From assembly GCA_000004985.1 (NCBI GenBank), contig GG738866.1: DNA of 64,000 nucleotides; one strand, 5' to 3'. The notes under the pieces are model-generated. The model was not told the DNA's origin. It searched no databases and saw nothing but the letters and a program-made list of their open reading frames with translations. Below, in pieces: positions 33,756 to 45,400 of this stretch. The first letter of the stretch is position 1, and the number at the start of each line of letters is the position of its first letter. The DNA comes from Naegleria gruberi. Taxonomy: Eukaryota. A program made the position numbers and the translations under genes.

Positions 33756-35124
33756 ATGACCACTAGCAAACAGTTTACGTTGCCATCAACGCCTTCTCTG
33801 GCATATTTTGAGTGCCTTCTTGATTCTTTTCCGGATGCAATTTTGAATACTATTGTGGATATAACAAAAGGAACAGATTCCAATTTTGATCAATACGAAT
33901 CTGAAAAATATGTTGTGGTTAACAGAATTATTAAACACTCCGTTAGAGCTGGTAGGTTTACAAAAAACTAATAATTTTAATGTGATTTTAGGATTTCGTA
34001 TTTTTTCCCACTCTCTTGATAACGAAATGCTAAACACACTAATCCATATTTATAGACCATATCTAGAATCACGACATTCCAAAGCACAATTGGAATCAAG
34101 ATATTTGATATTTAAGAAAGAAATAGTTTCAGATATTTGGTGTCTGTTAGGTTTTGATAGATTTCTTCAAAATTTACCAATAGAAATAATTCACAAATTG
34201 TGTGAAGCTTTTGGATTTACTGAGGATGTAAATGATAAAGAAAGTTTAGAGCTAGCACTTAAAGAGGAGATATTGATTATCGGATTTTGCGAAATTATTC
34301 GCAAACAAGAGTTAAAAATTCTTAATGCAGCTCTCACATCTGTTAGAGAAAATTTTAAATCATTATTTGATCAATATCCATTTTTTGAGGATTCGTATTG
34401 TGTTTCAGATTATTTTGATGAGCAAGCGTATGCTTTATTCTTTCTTTCATTCAGTTTTCCTCATATAAGAAAGGAATTTATTGATTATATTCAAAACTCT
34501 GAGCAAATACTGAAAAAGCTTAATAATAGATCATTGAAGAAAATTCAAGCCCTCTCATTTACCAATGGTCAATCAGAAGAATTGGTAACATCATCTGAAA
34601 AGGATGTCCTTCAATTACTTGCAAAAAATCACACAAAGCAAGACAAAAATACAGAGAAGGGTGTCAAGGAAGAAAAAAATACAAAGAAAGAGAAAAATGA
34701 TAAGAAACAAGAAAAATCAGCGGAGAAGCATGAAAAAGAAAAGAAAGTCAATAATATTAGTGAGCCATCTGTGTCAACTATCCCAACTAAAACCTCCAAC
34801 AGAAACGATAGTAAACCTTTTGCCTCACCTAATGAAAAGAGTTCAGACGAGGATTCAGAAGAAACCTCAAACGAACCAACCTTTCCATCAAGTAAAGGAA
34901 GGGTTAAAATTGAAAAGGGTGTAACAGCAACTGAAATTTACACCAACTATTCAGCCAAAGAGATTTATGATATTTGTAAACTATTGAAAATCAAACTTGC
35001 AGGTAACAGTACTGAGCGAACAAGACGAATTGTTAAATTCCTAAATGATGGAATAGTAGAAGCTAAACGTAAGAGAAAACGCAGTGCATCCTCCAAATAT
35101 GCATCCTCCAAAAAATCAAAATAA
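33756..35124 (+). CDS. Lysine-rich nuclear-type protein with C-terminal DEK-C/SAP-like helical module (tentative); exons 33756..33951 and 33992..35124
   Basis: Intron GCTG|GTAGGT..TTTTAG|GA (40 nt). C-terminus EIYTNYSAKEIYDICKLLKIKLAGNSTERTRRIVKFL preceded by KEK-rich low complexity. Confidence 0.45.
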
Positions 35125-35165
35125 ATTATTAACACTCCAAATTGATTTACCAACTTTACAAAAAA

Positions 35166-36608
35166 ATGTTAAAACGCCCTGCAGCATCAATTCTAAATTT
35201 GAAACGAAGCTTTATCTTCAAATCCCTACCAGCACTTCACTACTCAATTACGAATTTTAAAATGAACTTGCAAATATCAAATCCCAACTTGAACCAATTC
35301 ATTTCCGAAGAGGTTCCTTCAAGTTCATGCTTACTAGCCAGTGATCTTCACACGAAGCAGCATAATATTAATGATAATAATTTTATTATAAATACAACAA
35401 CAGCAGAGAGTGATGAACTTCCGAATATTCTTTCAAAATTAAAAAAAATGAAACAATTGATATTTTTGGGTACAAGTTCTGGTGTGCCAACACCTTTGAG
35501 AAATGTCAGCAGTTGTGGTTTGCAATTGGATAACGGAGAAGTTTATTTGATTGATTCCGGAGAAGGAACACAACAGCAATTACAAGTATGTTTATAATTT
35601 ATTGATCATGATGCTAATTGATTGCTATACCAATATATGAAAAGTATTTTGAAATCTGGTAAAATTACAAGAATATTCATTACCCATTTGCATGGTGATC
35701 ACTGTTATGGATTGCCTGGACTTTTGTGTACATTATCCGGAAATAATCCTGTAACTAGAACTATTCTTCCGATTGTTGGACCTGTTGGATTGAAGAATTT
35801 CCTTCGTCAAACACTTTCATTGAGTGATGCCCATTTGAATTTCAGATTGGATATTCATGAAATTGTTCCACCAGAAATGACAGAAGAACAAGTTAAAAAG
35901 TATGATGAACAATGCATTGCTCCACTTGCTTGTGAATATGATAGTGAAAATTGTTCAGAACCACCAAAGAGTGCAGGATCTTTTATTTATTTGAATAAGG
36001 AAACAAATTCTTACCCAGTTTTTGATTTGACTCAAACTGATGCTGGATTGACTGTTCAAGCTGCACCAATTTTGCATCGAGTTTTCTGTGTTGGGTATGT
36101 GTTTACTGAAAATGACAAACCTGGTAAATTGGACATGGAAAAGTGTAAACAACTTGGAGTTCCTAAAGGACCAATGCTTGGAAAAATTAAGAATGGCCAA
36201 ACAATTACTTTGGATAATGGAACTGTTATCAAACCAGAAGACGTTGTTGGACCAACTATTAAGGGTAAAAAGTTAGTAATGCTTGGAGATACTCATAATC
36301 CTGAAGGAATTGCCACAATTGCTAGGGATTGCACTCTTTTGGTTCACGAAAGTACCTTGGAGGATAACATGAAAGAACTTGCAATTGATCGTGGACATTC
36401 TGTACCGTCAATGGCTGCTAATTTTGCGATCTCAATCAATGCAGCTCGTTTAATTCTTACCCATTTCTCTGCTCGTTACGTTGACGAAAACAAACCAGAA
36501 AGTGAATTACACGAAAACGAAGTATCAGTCTCTCTCTTGAGAAAGCAAGCTCAACAAGTATTTGCCAATGTAGAGTTGGCTTCTGATTTTGCTGTCTTTA
36601 CCATTTAA
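35166..36608 (+). CDS. ELAC: Ribonuclease Z (tRNA 3'-processing endonuclease, ELAC1-type metallo-beta-lactamase)
   Basis: Motifs [29 protein letters not shown] (exon 1), then ..[27 protein letters not shown] (HxHxDH) and a C-terminal His motif. The exon junction (~35586..35644/35671) could not be made in-frame with a canonical GT-AG intron. Confidence 0.7.
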
Positions 36609-36686
36609 AGAATCTAAAATAAAATTAATTTATTCACAAGTTTCATTTCTTTATTTACAATATTTACACTTAGTTGAACTTAATGC

Positions 36687-37382
36687 TTAGAGAGTTTTGG
36701 CCAAATACAAACTCCAGAAGAAACCAATAATGTTGAAGAAGAGTACAACAAGGTCTGGAGGGCTAGAACTCAAAACAACAATAGTAGCAAGTGGCCAAAG
36801 CATATAACCTGATTTCAAAGTGGTATAGAAATCACGTTTCAAGTTGGCCAAAGCCTTATCTACCACAAAAGCTCTTGATTCAACAAAGGCCAAAACAACA
36901 ATATAAAAAGCATTGATGAATGGAGCATAAACAGCTTGATCAATTAAGGTAGGAACCAATGCAAACTTTTCAATGGTTGGGTTGCAAACGATTGGTCTCA
37001 ACGATTTGATTTCCTTCAAATAATCCATAATATTATCCAAAAAACCATACCAAAAGTGAGAACAAGCAGAGCTGCATCCTCCTGTAATTGTAAAATTAAT
37101 AACTGAATTCCAATCAATTTCTGTCTTTTTCTTGATAAACTTTTGGCTTACAATATTAGCAATAAAAGTAATAAGAGCAGCTGTAATTGATTTAACTGCG
37201 ACTGGTGGGTACTTTTCCATTAACATTTTGTAAAAATTCAATATTTTCTTTAATTGATCGGCAAGAGAGTTTGACTTTCTACGAGAAGGATCACCTTTAA
37301 TAATATTAATTCGGGTTCTCTTTTCTTCTCCTTTACCCTCTGATTTAATATCAATAACATCCGTTTGATCGTCTTGACTCAT
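36687..37382 (-). CDS. Mpv17/PMP22-family peroxisomal/mitochondrial membrane protein
   Basis: 232 aa from MSQDDQTDV. Four helices with the family pattern ..FWYGFLDNIMDYL..YAPFINAFYIVVLAFVES..GYMLWPLATIV.. Confidence 0.7.
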   Translation of the reverse strand: MSQDDQTDVIDIKSEGKGEEKRTRINIIKGDPSRRKSNSLADQLKKILNFYKMLMEKYPPVAVKSITAALITFIANIVSQKFIKKKTEIDWNSVINFTITGGCSSACSHFWYGFLDNIMDYLKEIKSLRPIVCNPTIEKFALVPTLIDQAVYAPFINAFYIVVLAFVESRAFVVDKALANLKRDFYTTLKSGYMLWPLATIVVLSSSPPDLVVLFFNIIGFFWSLYLAKTL

Positions 37383-37498
37383 TTTTTTATTATTAATTTT
37401 TAAATAAAAAACCAAAGTACTAGAAGGCGCCAATACGTAATTTCCTTACTAGAAGGTTTTGATTTTCAAACATTTTGACAAGTTGAGTACCTACCTTC

Positions 37499-38872
37499 TT
37501 ACAATATTTTCTTTTCCGAAATTACTTTCTTTCTAGCACAAAAGAAGACACAATCATAAACTGTTTGTCTCATGATTTTTCTTGTGTTTCCAAATGATGA
37601 AATGTAGGTGTTCTTAATATTGACCTTTTCATTTACAATTTCAAATCCCATTCCCTCCATTACTGATTTAATTTCCTCATAAGTTAATTCAATAGAAAAT
37701 CCATTATCTCCCATTTCATGATAATGCCACAATAATGGTCCCAAATTAATCCAATATCCTCCCTCTTTCAATGAATGAAATATAGTGTTAAGGTAATCAA
37801 AAATATTTTTAGCAGTGTCAATAAAGAAGCAAGTTGCAATACAGTCCCAAGATTCCTTCTGCGATTCATTCTTGTATACGTCCACAAAATCACCAGCAAC
37901 CATTGAAAAATCTACACCCTCTTTTAATTCTAATCCAGGATGTACATCTGGTATATTGAAAGAATAGAGCTGATCCGTCCTAGAATAGAGATCAGTAAGA
38001 TGTGTAACGAATGGATAAATTTGAAATTGTTCTATTCTTCTCTGATTGTTTTCTTCAAATATTTTGTAAGGATGATTCAAAATAAAATTACTAGCTAGCA
38101 ACATTTGAAATGAGAATTCATTACCTTGACTGGCATATCCCAATCTAGCAATTTCCCATGTCAAACGGCCGAGACCAGCTCCAGGAGTGAGCACTCGATA
38201 CTTGTTAGTTTCTCCAAAAAGAGGAAGTACTCTTTGCAATTCATCGATTATGAGTTGGTAACTTTCATTTCTTTCGAATGCACCTTCTGCACTCCAGTCT
38301 CTAGCAAACTGTTTGACAGTTGAAGATACCTTATCATAATCCTCAGATGATAAAATACTTTCAATATCATCATTTCTAAATTGATATGCTGGAATGTCAA
38401 CCTCCATTACTCTTGGCCTCATATCAAGAGCAATACTTGATGCATCATTACTCTCCAGAGGTTTATCATTAATTTGTTGTTCCGAAAATCCAAGAGAATG
38501 AGAGTCCAATATTTTCAATATCAAATTGTCATAATTTTTCTGGATGGCTTCCTTCATTTGTCTGAATTTTTCAAAATGGTCCGGTAATACTGTTTTTACG
38601 TCAGTATAGGCTTTACTATTTCCCAAATTTTGATTCCAAACTTGTCTGAAAAATTGAATTTTCCTATCAAAATACTTGAAATAATACTTTTCATATCTTG
38701 AGAAGGCTATCAAAACTTTGGAAAAAACAAAATCTTCACTTTCCAAATCCTCTTGCATTAATTCCTCATTCGACATGATAATAGAGCCGGGTATCCATCT
38801 CGAATGTTGATTGTGTTCTTCACTTTCCGAACCTTCTGCATGATGGTGAGAATCACAACAATGATGAGACAT
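37499..38872 (-). CDS. CARNMT1: Carnosine N-methyltransferase-like (N2227/UPF0586 SAM-dependent methyltransferase)
   Basis: His-rich N-terminus (MSHHCCDSHHH). The N2227 core reads VLTPGAGLGRLTWEIARLGYASQGNEFSFQMLLASNFILN. Confidence 0.7.
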   Translation of the reverse strand: MSHHCCDSHHHAEGSESEEHNQHSRWIPGSIIMSNEELMQEDLESEDFVFSKVLIAFSRYEKYYFKYFDRKIQFFRQVWNQNLGNSKAYTDVKTVLPDHFEKFRQMKEAIQKNYDNLILKILDSHSLGFSEQQINDKPLESNDASSIALDMRPRVMEVDIPAYQFRNDDIESILSSEDYDKVSSTVKQFARDWSAEGAFERNESYQLIIDELQRVLPLFGETNKYRVLTPGAGLGRLTWEIARLGYASQGNEFSFQMLLASNFILNHPYKIFEENNQRRIEQFQIYPFVTHLTDLYSRTDQLYSFNIPDVHPGLELKEGVDFSMVAGDFVDVYKNESQKESWDCIATCFFIDTAKNIFDYLNTIFHSLKEGGYWINLGPLLWHYHEMGDNGFSIELTYEEIKSVMEGMGFEIVNEKVNIKNTYISSFGNTRKIMRQTVYDCVFFCARKKVISEKKIL

Positions 38873-39058
38873 TTTTTGTTACTTTTCAAACCCATAATCT
38901 CCAATATTTTAAAAATAAAAATGATAAAGGAGCTTGCACTGTAATGGGGTCGAGCTTAAGCTGATGATACAATCTTTGCAACCGACTGTTGAAGGACGAT
39001 ACTCTTAGCAATATGGATCAACCATCTGATCAAGAGAAAGAATTTTAATTTTTAAAAA
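38873..39058. promoter_or_regulatory. Putative bidirectional promoter between CARNMT-like (-) and snurportin (+)
   Basis: 186-bp spacer between divergent ATGs. Confidence 0.3.
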
Positions 39059-40231
39059 ATGATTAAACGGAAGTGTTTGAAGGAGGAGGCTAGCATTGTT
39101 TGGAACGAGAGAATAGAAGAAAGAAGATTGCAAATATTGAAAAAACGATTATTGTTGAAGGAACAAATTTTGGAGGAAATTAGAGAAAGTGGGGATGAGG
39201 AATTGGAAATGTCGGGAAGTAAAAAGAAAAAGCCTTTGGAAAAAACTATCACAAAGTTTGTTAAAAAGCATAGACTTTTGCCTTTGATGCAAGAGGAGTA
39301 TTTACTTCCGAATGATGAATTTACTTGTGAAACTGATGACCAAATGCTACGATTAGTATTTGATAAGAATAACTGGAATGAAAATGACTGGTATTTGTTG
39401 TATAGGCCACAAGGGAGGAGAGTATTGGTAATATCTAACAATATGTATACATTTGTTGTGGAAATGAAAGCTAAAGAGAATAATTTATTTATCAAAAAAT
39501 ATCTTTCAGTTTTACAAAGTATTGGAGGAAAACGTCAGTCTTTTACAATATTAGATGCTATTTTATACGAAACTAATGAAGAGAAGAAGCTTTATATACT
39601 TGATCTAATTGCTTGGAATGGGCATTATTTTAGCTCTAACCCAGCCGAGTTTAGATTTTATTGGCTCACCCAAAAATGGAGGGAGGATCTCAACGACAAT
39701 ATGTACACTAAAGATCAGATAGATATGGAGCTTTGTGAAAGGATTTCCCTCAACGAATTTTTTGCCAATGTTGACAAATACCATCCAAATTATGAAACAG
39801 ATGGTCTATATCTTTATCATAAGGAAGGGGATTACGTTCATGAGACCTCTCCTTTCTTATTAGTATTTAGAACTTTTAATAATTGCACGTATTTGAAAGA
39901 GTTAATGCAATCAGGAATATTCACATTCAAAATGATGTATGAAAAGCATGATTCACTGGCAAGTATTAAAATTGGCCAATTAGAAGTTAAGGTTGGAGTT
40001 TTACCTCATATTGAAACTAAATCTGTTGTAAAAGTTAAATTAAGGCTAAAACAAAATGTTATGGTAGATGATGATATTCAATCGGATAATTTTGAAATTA
40101 TTTCTATTGAAGAGGATCCACTTTTTAAAATAATTGGAAAAGGAGAAGGGGAAAGCTATTGTGATACTTTTGGAAAAGTGCTTTTTTACTTATCTATTCA
40201 AAATTTACAAAATGATGCAATGATACTTTAA
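39059..40231 (+). CDS. SNUPN: Snurportin-1 (m3G-cap snRNP import adaptor)
   Basis: N-terminal IBB-like RRLQILKKRLLLKEQ. The cap-binding domain reads WYLLYRPQGRRVLVISNNMYTFV...FTILDAILYETNEEKKLYILDLIAWNGHYFSSNPAEFRFYWLTQKW, close to human SNUPN. Confidence 0.7.
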   Translation: MIKRKCLKEEASIVWNERIEERRLQILKKRLLLKEQILEEIRESGDEELEMSGSKKKKPLEKTITKFVKKHRLLPLMQEEYLLPNDEFTCETDDQMLRLVFDKNNWNENDWYLLYRPQGRRVLVISNNMYTFVVEMKAKENNLFIKKYLSVLQSIGGKRQSFTILDAILYETNEEKKLYILDLIAWNGHYFSSNPAEFRFYWLTQKWREDLNDNMYTKDQIDMELCERISLNEFFANVDKYHPNYETDGLYLYHKEGDYVHETSPFLLVFRTFNNCTYLKELMQSGIFTFKMMYEKHDSLASIKIGQLEVKVGVLPHIETKSVVKVKLRLKQNVMVDDDIQSDNFEIISIEEDPLFKIIGKGEGESYCDTFGKVLFYLSIQNLQNDAMIL

Positions 40232-42140
40232 GCAAACGTTCCTATTTCCATATCCTCACTAACCTCTGACATGTCGATAACATTTGCCATATCATATTGT
40301 GAACTCTCTTCTTGAACGGGCACTCCTTCATCAACTTGGGAAATATCTCTCGGAATTGGTAGATTAGCAATTTCAGTCAACCACTTTTCATTATAGAGGA
40401 AATATTTTTTCCTCTTAATGATATCTGTCCACTGACCATCACATTCACAAATTATATCAAGCATCATATCAGATGTTGAGGCAATTTGTTCATTCTCGTC
40501 TTGATATAACTCTATAATAACCTTGATAATATGGTGCTGACTCATTAAACCTTCCCTTGTTGGTCCAAATAAAAGCATCTTGTAGAATGTGTACATGGTT
40601 TGTAAAACTATTTCATCATCTTCTTGTTTTTCAATAAATATATTACATAAGGTAATTATCATTGGAGAATTGGCTACTAAAGCTGCTGATTCATCATCAG
40701 AAATTGCATTACCAAGAAGAATAATTGATTCTAACAGAATATCATCATCTTTGTCGCCTTCCACATTGGTTAACGAGTTAACAAGGCTGCTTCTTGTTTT
40801 TACCCCCTTTTTCAAGAAATTGAATAAGAAAGCAACCAAATCAAATTGTTTGAATAGCTGAGAAAATGAAATAACATTCGAGTTACTCATATTTCCCAAC
40901 ATACCCAGTAATTCTACAACCAATTCATCATTTTCCGCCTTAGAACAAATACCTAGGATGTCATTTACAAATGGCTTGAATTGAATAGCCAGTTGAGTAT
41001 GCTGAGAAATATTTCTAATCATCTTGGCTAAGAAAGGATCTCTTGTCCTCACCAATCTCTCCAATAATCTTGTAAGACCATTATTGTGCAAACACATTTT
41101 AACAGCCAATTGTTCTTGAAGTGTAACATTGATGGCTAAGGCAATTAATTCCTTGCTGACTCTTGTACCAGGATATTCTGCAACAAATTCCAAAAGAATA
41201 AATGGGAGAGTATCAGAGGAAATTCTCAATTTTGAAAATTCTTCATCTTGACTCAATTGATACAACAGCTTTACACAGTATTCAAAGTGGTCTGGGAACC
41301 GAAGTAACTCTATGAATTTAGGAACCAAAGGAATGACATCCTTTCTTAATTGAGGATCGAAGGTAACATTGACAATCAATCTCATACTTTCATTCAACAA
41401 AATAATGTTGTCATATTGGAAAATATCTTCAAATTTAAACATAAGTCCAGCGTCCAACATTTCCCTTCTGTTTTCTTGGAATATACTAAGTTTCCTCAAA
41501 AATGTTACTAGAACACAAAGCAGTTCAGGGTTTTCACTATCTAGAGCATTGACCAAGTTTGGAATCAATCCTCTCTTCTTCATTTTGGATTCTATGTCAA
41601 TGTTCTCTGCTAAATTCAATAAAATTCTAAAGCAAACATAAAGAAGATTCTCTTGTTTGGTTATCATACCTCCAACTTTCTTATTTTCATTCTTATTTTC
41701 CTTCTTCTTTAACATTTTTTCTCTTCTTTTTTCCTCATAGGCAATTGCTTCCATCACTACAACTCCAACCTTGAATTTGGTGATTATTTCATGAAATTGA
41801 GAAAAATGGGAAAAACTATAAAACACATAGAGTATATTAATCATCAAGTCCATACTCTTTTTTCCTTCCTCCCTCAATGTTCTTCCGAGTAAGTTTAATA
41901 ATTGTTCTATTTCGTTGTTCCACCTCAACTAATTCCTAATGTTATTTACTTACCATGAGACACTAGGTACTGTAAATTCACTGGATTTTTCGAGAGCATC
42001 ATTATATAATAAGATGCCTTGACCTTAGGAGTCAAATCACCATGCTCATAAAACATTTCGAGATACCTATCTAGTTGATCGATAGAAATGTATTCCTCTC
42101 CCGGGTTGTTGTTTGATGAGGCGCTTTGTACCCTACTCAT
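40228..42140 (-). CDS. KIFAP3: Kinesin-associated protein 3 (KAP3/KIFAP3, kinesin-2 accessory armadillo-repeat subunit); exons 41954..42140 and 40228..41906
   Basis: ..YLEMFYEHGDL..NLQYLVSH|E|QLLNLLGRTLREEGKKSMDLMINILYVFYSFSHFSQFH.. matches the KAP3 N-terminal block. Armadillo-like repeats follow. Intron CATG|GTAAGT..GAAATAG|AA (47 nt). Confidence 0.6.
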
Positions 42141-42430
42141 TTTTTATTGGAAGTACTTGTAATTACTCGTGAATAACTGTTTGGCGGGATTCATCAACAG
42201 ACATAAGAAATCCAAATTGGTGGTAGTTTAGTTCTTCTTCAGCTCACAATGACCCTCCACAGAGATAACATTCACTCATATTGAGAAGAGAGCAACTTGT
42301 AAAAACAGGATGAATGTTTCTCACCCTTCGTTCTACTCATAAACGAACATGCAACACTTATGAAGTTGATTGTATTTCCTTTTGTTGTCAAAAAAGCGCC
42401 AAAGTCTACAATAAATAAAACCTTAAAAAA
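42141..42430. promoter_or_regulatory. Putative bidirectional promoter between divergent KAP3 (-) and KATNIP (+) start codons
   Basis: 290-bp spacer between two ATGs on opposite strands. Both genes are cilium-associated. It contains GCAAC half-sites (agcaacttg, atgcaacact), but no full X-box could be confirmed by eye. Confidence 0.3.
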
Positions 42431-45400
42431 ATGAGTGATGGTGATAGCCCTTCCCGAAGACTCAATGCCTTTGGTGGCTCTTCTCCATTAGAAAATGATC
42501 AATTCGATGATTTGGATGATACAACAAGGAAAAACAAATGGGATATGAAGAGAAATAATGGAGGTGGAGGCGGTTTTAGTATTCCATCTTTGAATGAAGT
42601 AGGTTTTGTGCTTATATTGTTGATAGTTAAAAAACAATAGTCGATAGTAATTCCTTCGATACCGTCGTTGGGAACAATACAACCAACAATATCTAAAAAC
42701 ATTACTAGCATAAATTCCATGCCAGCAAGTGGTTTTAAAATTCCCAATAATACAAACATCAACTTTAATGCTACTAAGGAGCCGCCAAACAAAGAATACA
42801 GCGAGTATTTGGCAAAGCTACAACAAAGGAATAGAGAGAAAAAGAGAATGGAGGATGATCCAAGAAAAAGGGAACTTGAGGAAAAAGAAAGAGGATTTAA
42901 TTTAAATTGGAGTGGAGCTAATAATAACAAAAAAGATAAAACTTTGAAGACTACTACATCAAATGAGGACTTTACCGAACCCACTACAAAAATTAAAATC
43001 AGAAGAAGCAGACCAACCGGCTACGCGGACAGAAACCAAATAAAAAGTGAAGAGAAACGTGGTTGGAAACAATCAACAATAGCTATGAAGAAGGAAAATG
43101 GAGAAATGGAACGAATAACACCAGAAAAACCTAGTATGTTTGAAGGCGATGATGAGCAAGAGGATGCCTCAGAAATACTCTTCAGAAAGAAAACGAGAGT
43201 CACACTCAACAAGGACGACATTGAAGCTCTCAGAAAGAGCCTAAGTTCTTTAGATTGTCCTAATGAAGAGAGTTTAGCTCATTTATCGACAATGGATACC
43301 TTAATTGAAAAATTGAAAAGACTGGACCAATCCAAACAGAAATATTTGCTAAAGGTATTAGAAAAATTGGAACAGACAGATAAAACTGTCGAATTAGATG
43401 TTTCAGAGGACGAAGAAACTCCTAAAAAAACTGTTCAAACACCTTCAAAACAGCAAAATGATACATACTGCATAAGAATTTTAAGCACTTGGGGACATTC
43501 TAGTAACGTTGGTCTTACTGAAATAGAACTTTATTCTTTTGATGAAACAAAAATCGAGATTGTGGATGATCAAGTGAATCTTAAGGGTGGACTTGGTGGA
43601 AAAGGAAACATTATGCGATTATTCAATGGAAAGAAAAAGACCACAAACGACCAAAACATGTGGCAAACCTCTTTCCCTACTTTAAGTTATTTAGAAATAT
43701 TTATAACAATTCCAAGCTTTCTTCCAGTAACAAATATCATTGTTTGGAACTTTAACAAGAGTATTAATGTAAGTAACAATTGTTATTAGGTGATTTCTGA
43801 CTCGAAAAAGGAAAGTGTTAAAGGAGTGAGAGAAGTTGAAATCCTTAGAAATGATGACCAGGTATGGAAAGGAACTATACAAAGAGGAAATGGAAATAAT
43901 GCCTTTGATTACTCAACATCTATTCAAGTTATGAGTCCAGAAGAAATGCAAGCAAAAAGATCTTCATTTAAACCACAAAAAATTGAAATTGTGCAAGTGT
44001 CACCAATCCCAAAGAAAGAATTCTCACCAGAACCTTCCAACAGTGGTAATGCTATCTCCAGTAAAATGGCTCTTTACGATAGTGAAGAAAGCGAAGAAAG
44101 CGAGGAGTCTTCGGAAGAGGAAGATGTTACTTCTTACACTTTAGAAATTGAGGATGATGATGACTTACTCAAGCTCACAGAAGATAGGAGATCAAGCCCT
44201 CCAACCGTTCCACCACTCTCTATTTCTTTAAGAGAAGAAACACCAAAGAAGGTTGAAGAGCCTCAAAAGCCATTACATCTTGTTCCAGATGGCCCTAAAG
44301 AACAAAAGGATCCAATATGGCTTTCATTGACAAAAAATCAGAAAACACCAAAAGGAAATGTTCTTACTGATGCCCTTAAGAACACGAACCCAGAGAAGTT
44401 ACCTGTGTGGTTTAGAGAACTGGAGAAAGAGCCAACCCAGGAAAAACCAAGAAAGGTTGCTGATATTGATCTAGAAAAGAAAGAAGAGCCTCCAAAAGAA
44501 TCTCCAAAAGAAGTTTTAAAAACATCTAGATCAAGAAGCAGTATCGAACAAAAGCCAACTCTTCAAACTGAAAAAAGTGTTGATTCATTACCTATCGTTA
44601 CTATTGAATCTGGAAGAAAGCAACCTTCGAGATCCAAGAGCAGACCAAAGAGACCTCAAGTAATATATAATCAATCTGGTTACACTGACAAATCTTCTAT
44701 TACAAACGAAACTTTTGACTCCTTAATGAAATTCAAATATTCTCATTTGGGTCGTCTTAAGCCAAGAGATGAAGAATCAAGCTCTTCTAATGAACCTACA
44801 GAAATCAAACCTCCAGTTTGGAAGATTGAAAGAAGGAAAAGCAGTCAAAAACTTATTACTAAGGATGAAGATTTAATATCGCTCCCTGCTTTAGCTCTTT
44901 CAAAAGAAAAACAACAACAACCTGAAGTTGACATTATAGAGGAAGAAGAAGACATGGACTTCTTCATTCCAATTTATCCATCTGGTACAAAACTTGTAAT
45001 CAATATTAAGGAAAGTTGGGGAGATCCCCACTATCTTGGATTGTCAGGTATAGAAATTTTCGATAAGAATGGTAACTTGCTAGTTCTAAATGATGTTTTC
45101 GCGCAAGTGAGGGCAAATCCTTCTGATATTAATAGCCTGCCAAATATTTCAAACGATCCAAGAACAATTGATAAGGTTTTCGATGGTGTGAACATGACAT
45201 GTGATGATTTCCACCAGTGGTTGACACCATTTACTCCAGGAGGAGACCACTTTATATATGTTACCTTAAATGAAAGGACTACAATATCTATGATCAGATT
45301 TTGGAATTACAACAAATCAAGAATCCACTCTTATAGAGGTGCAAGATATTTAGAAATTTTCCTGGATGATAAGCCTATTTTCAAAGGCGAAATTAAACCT

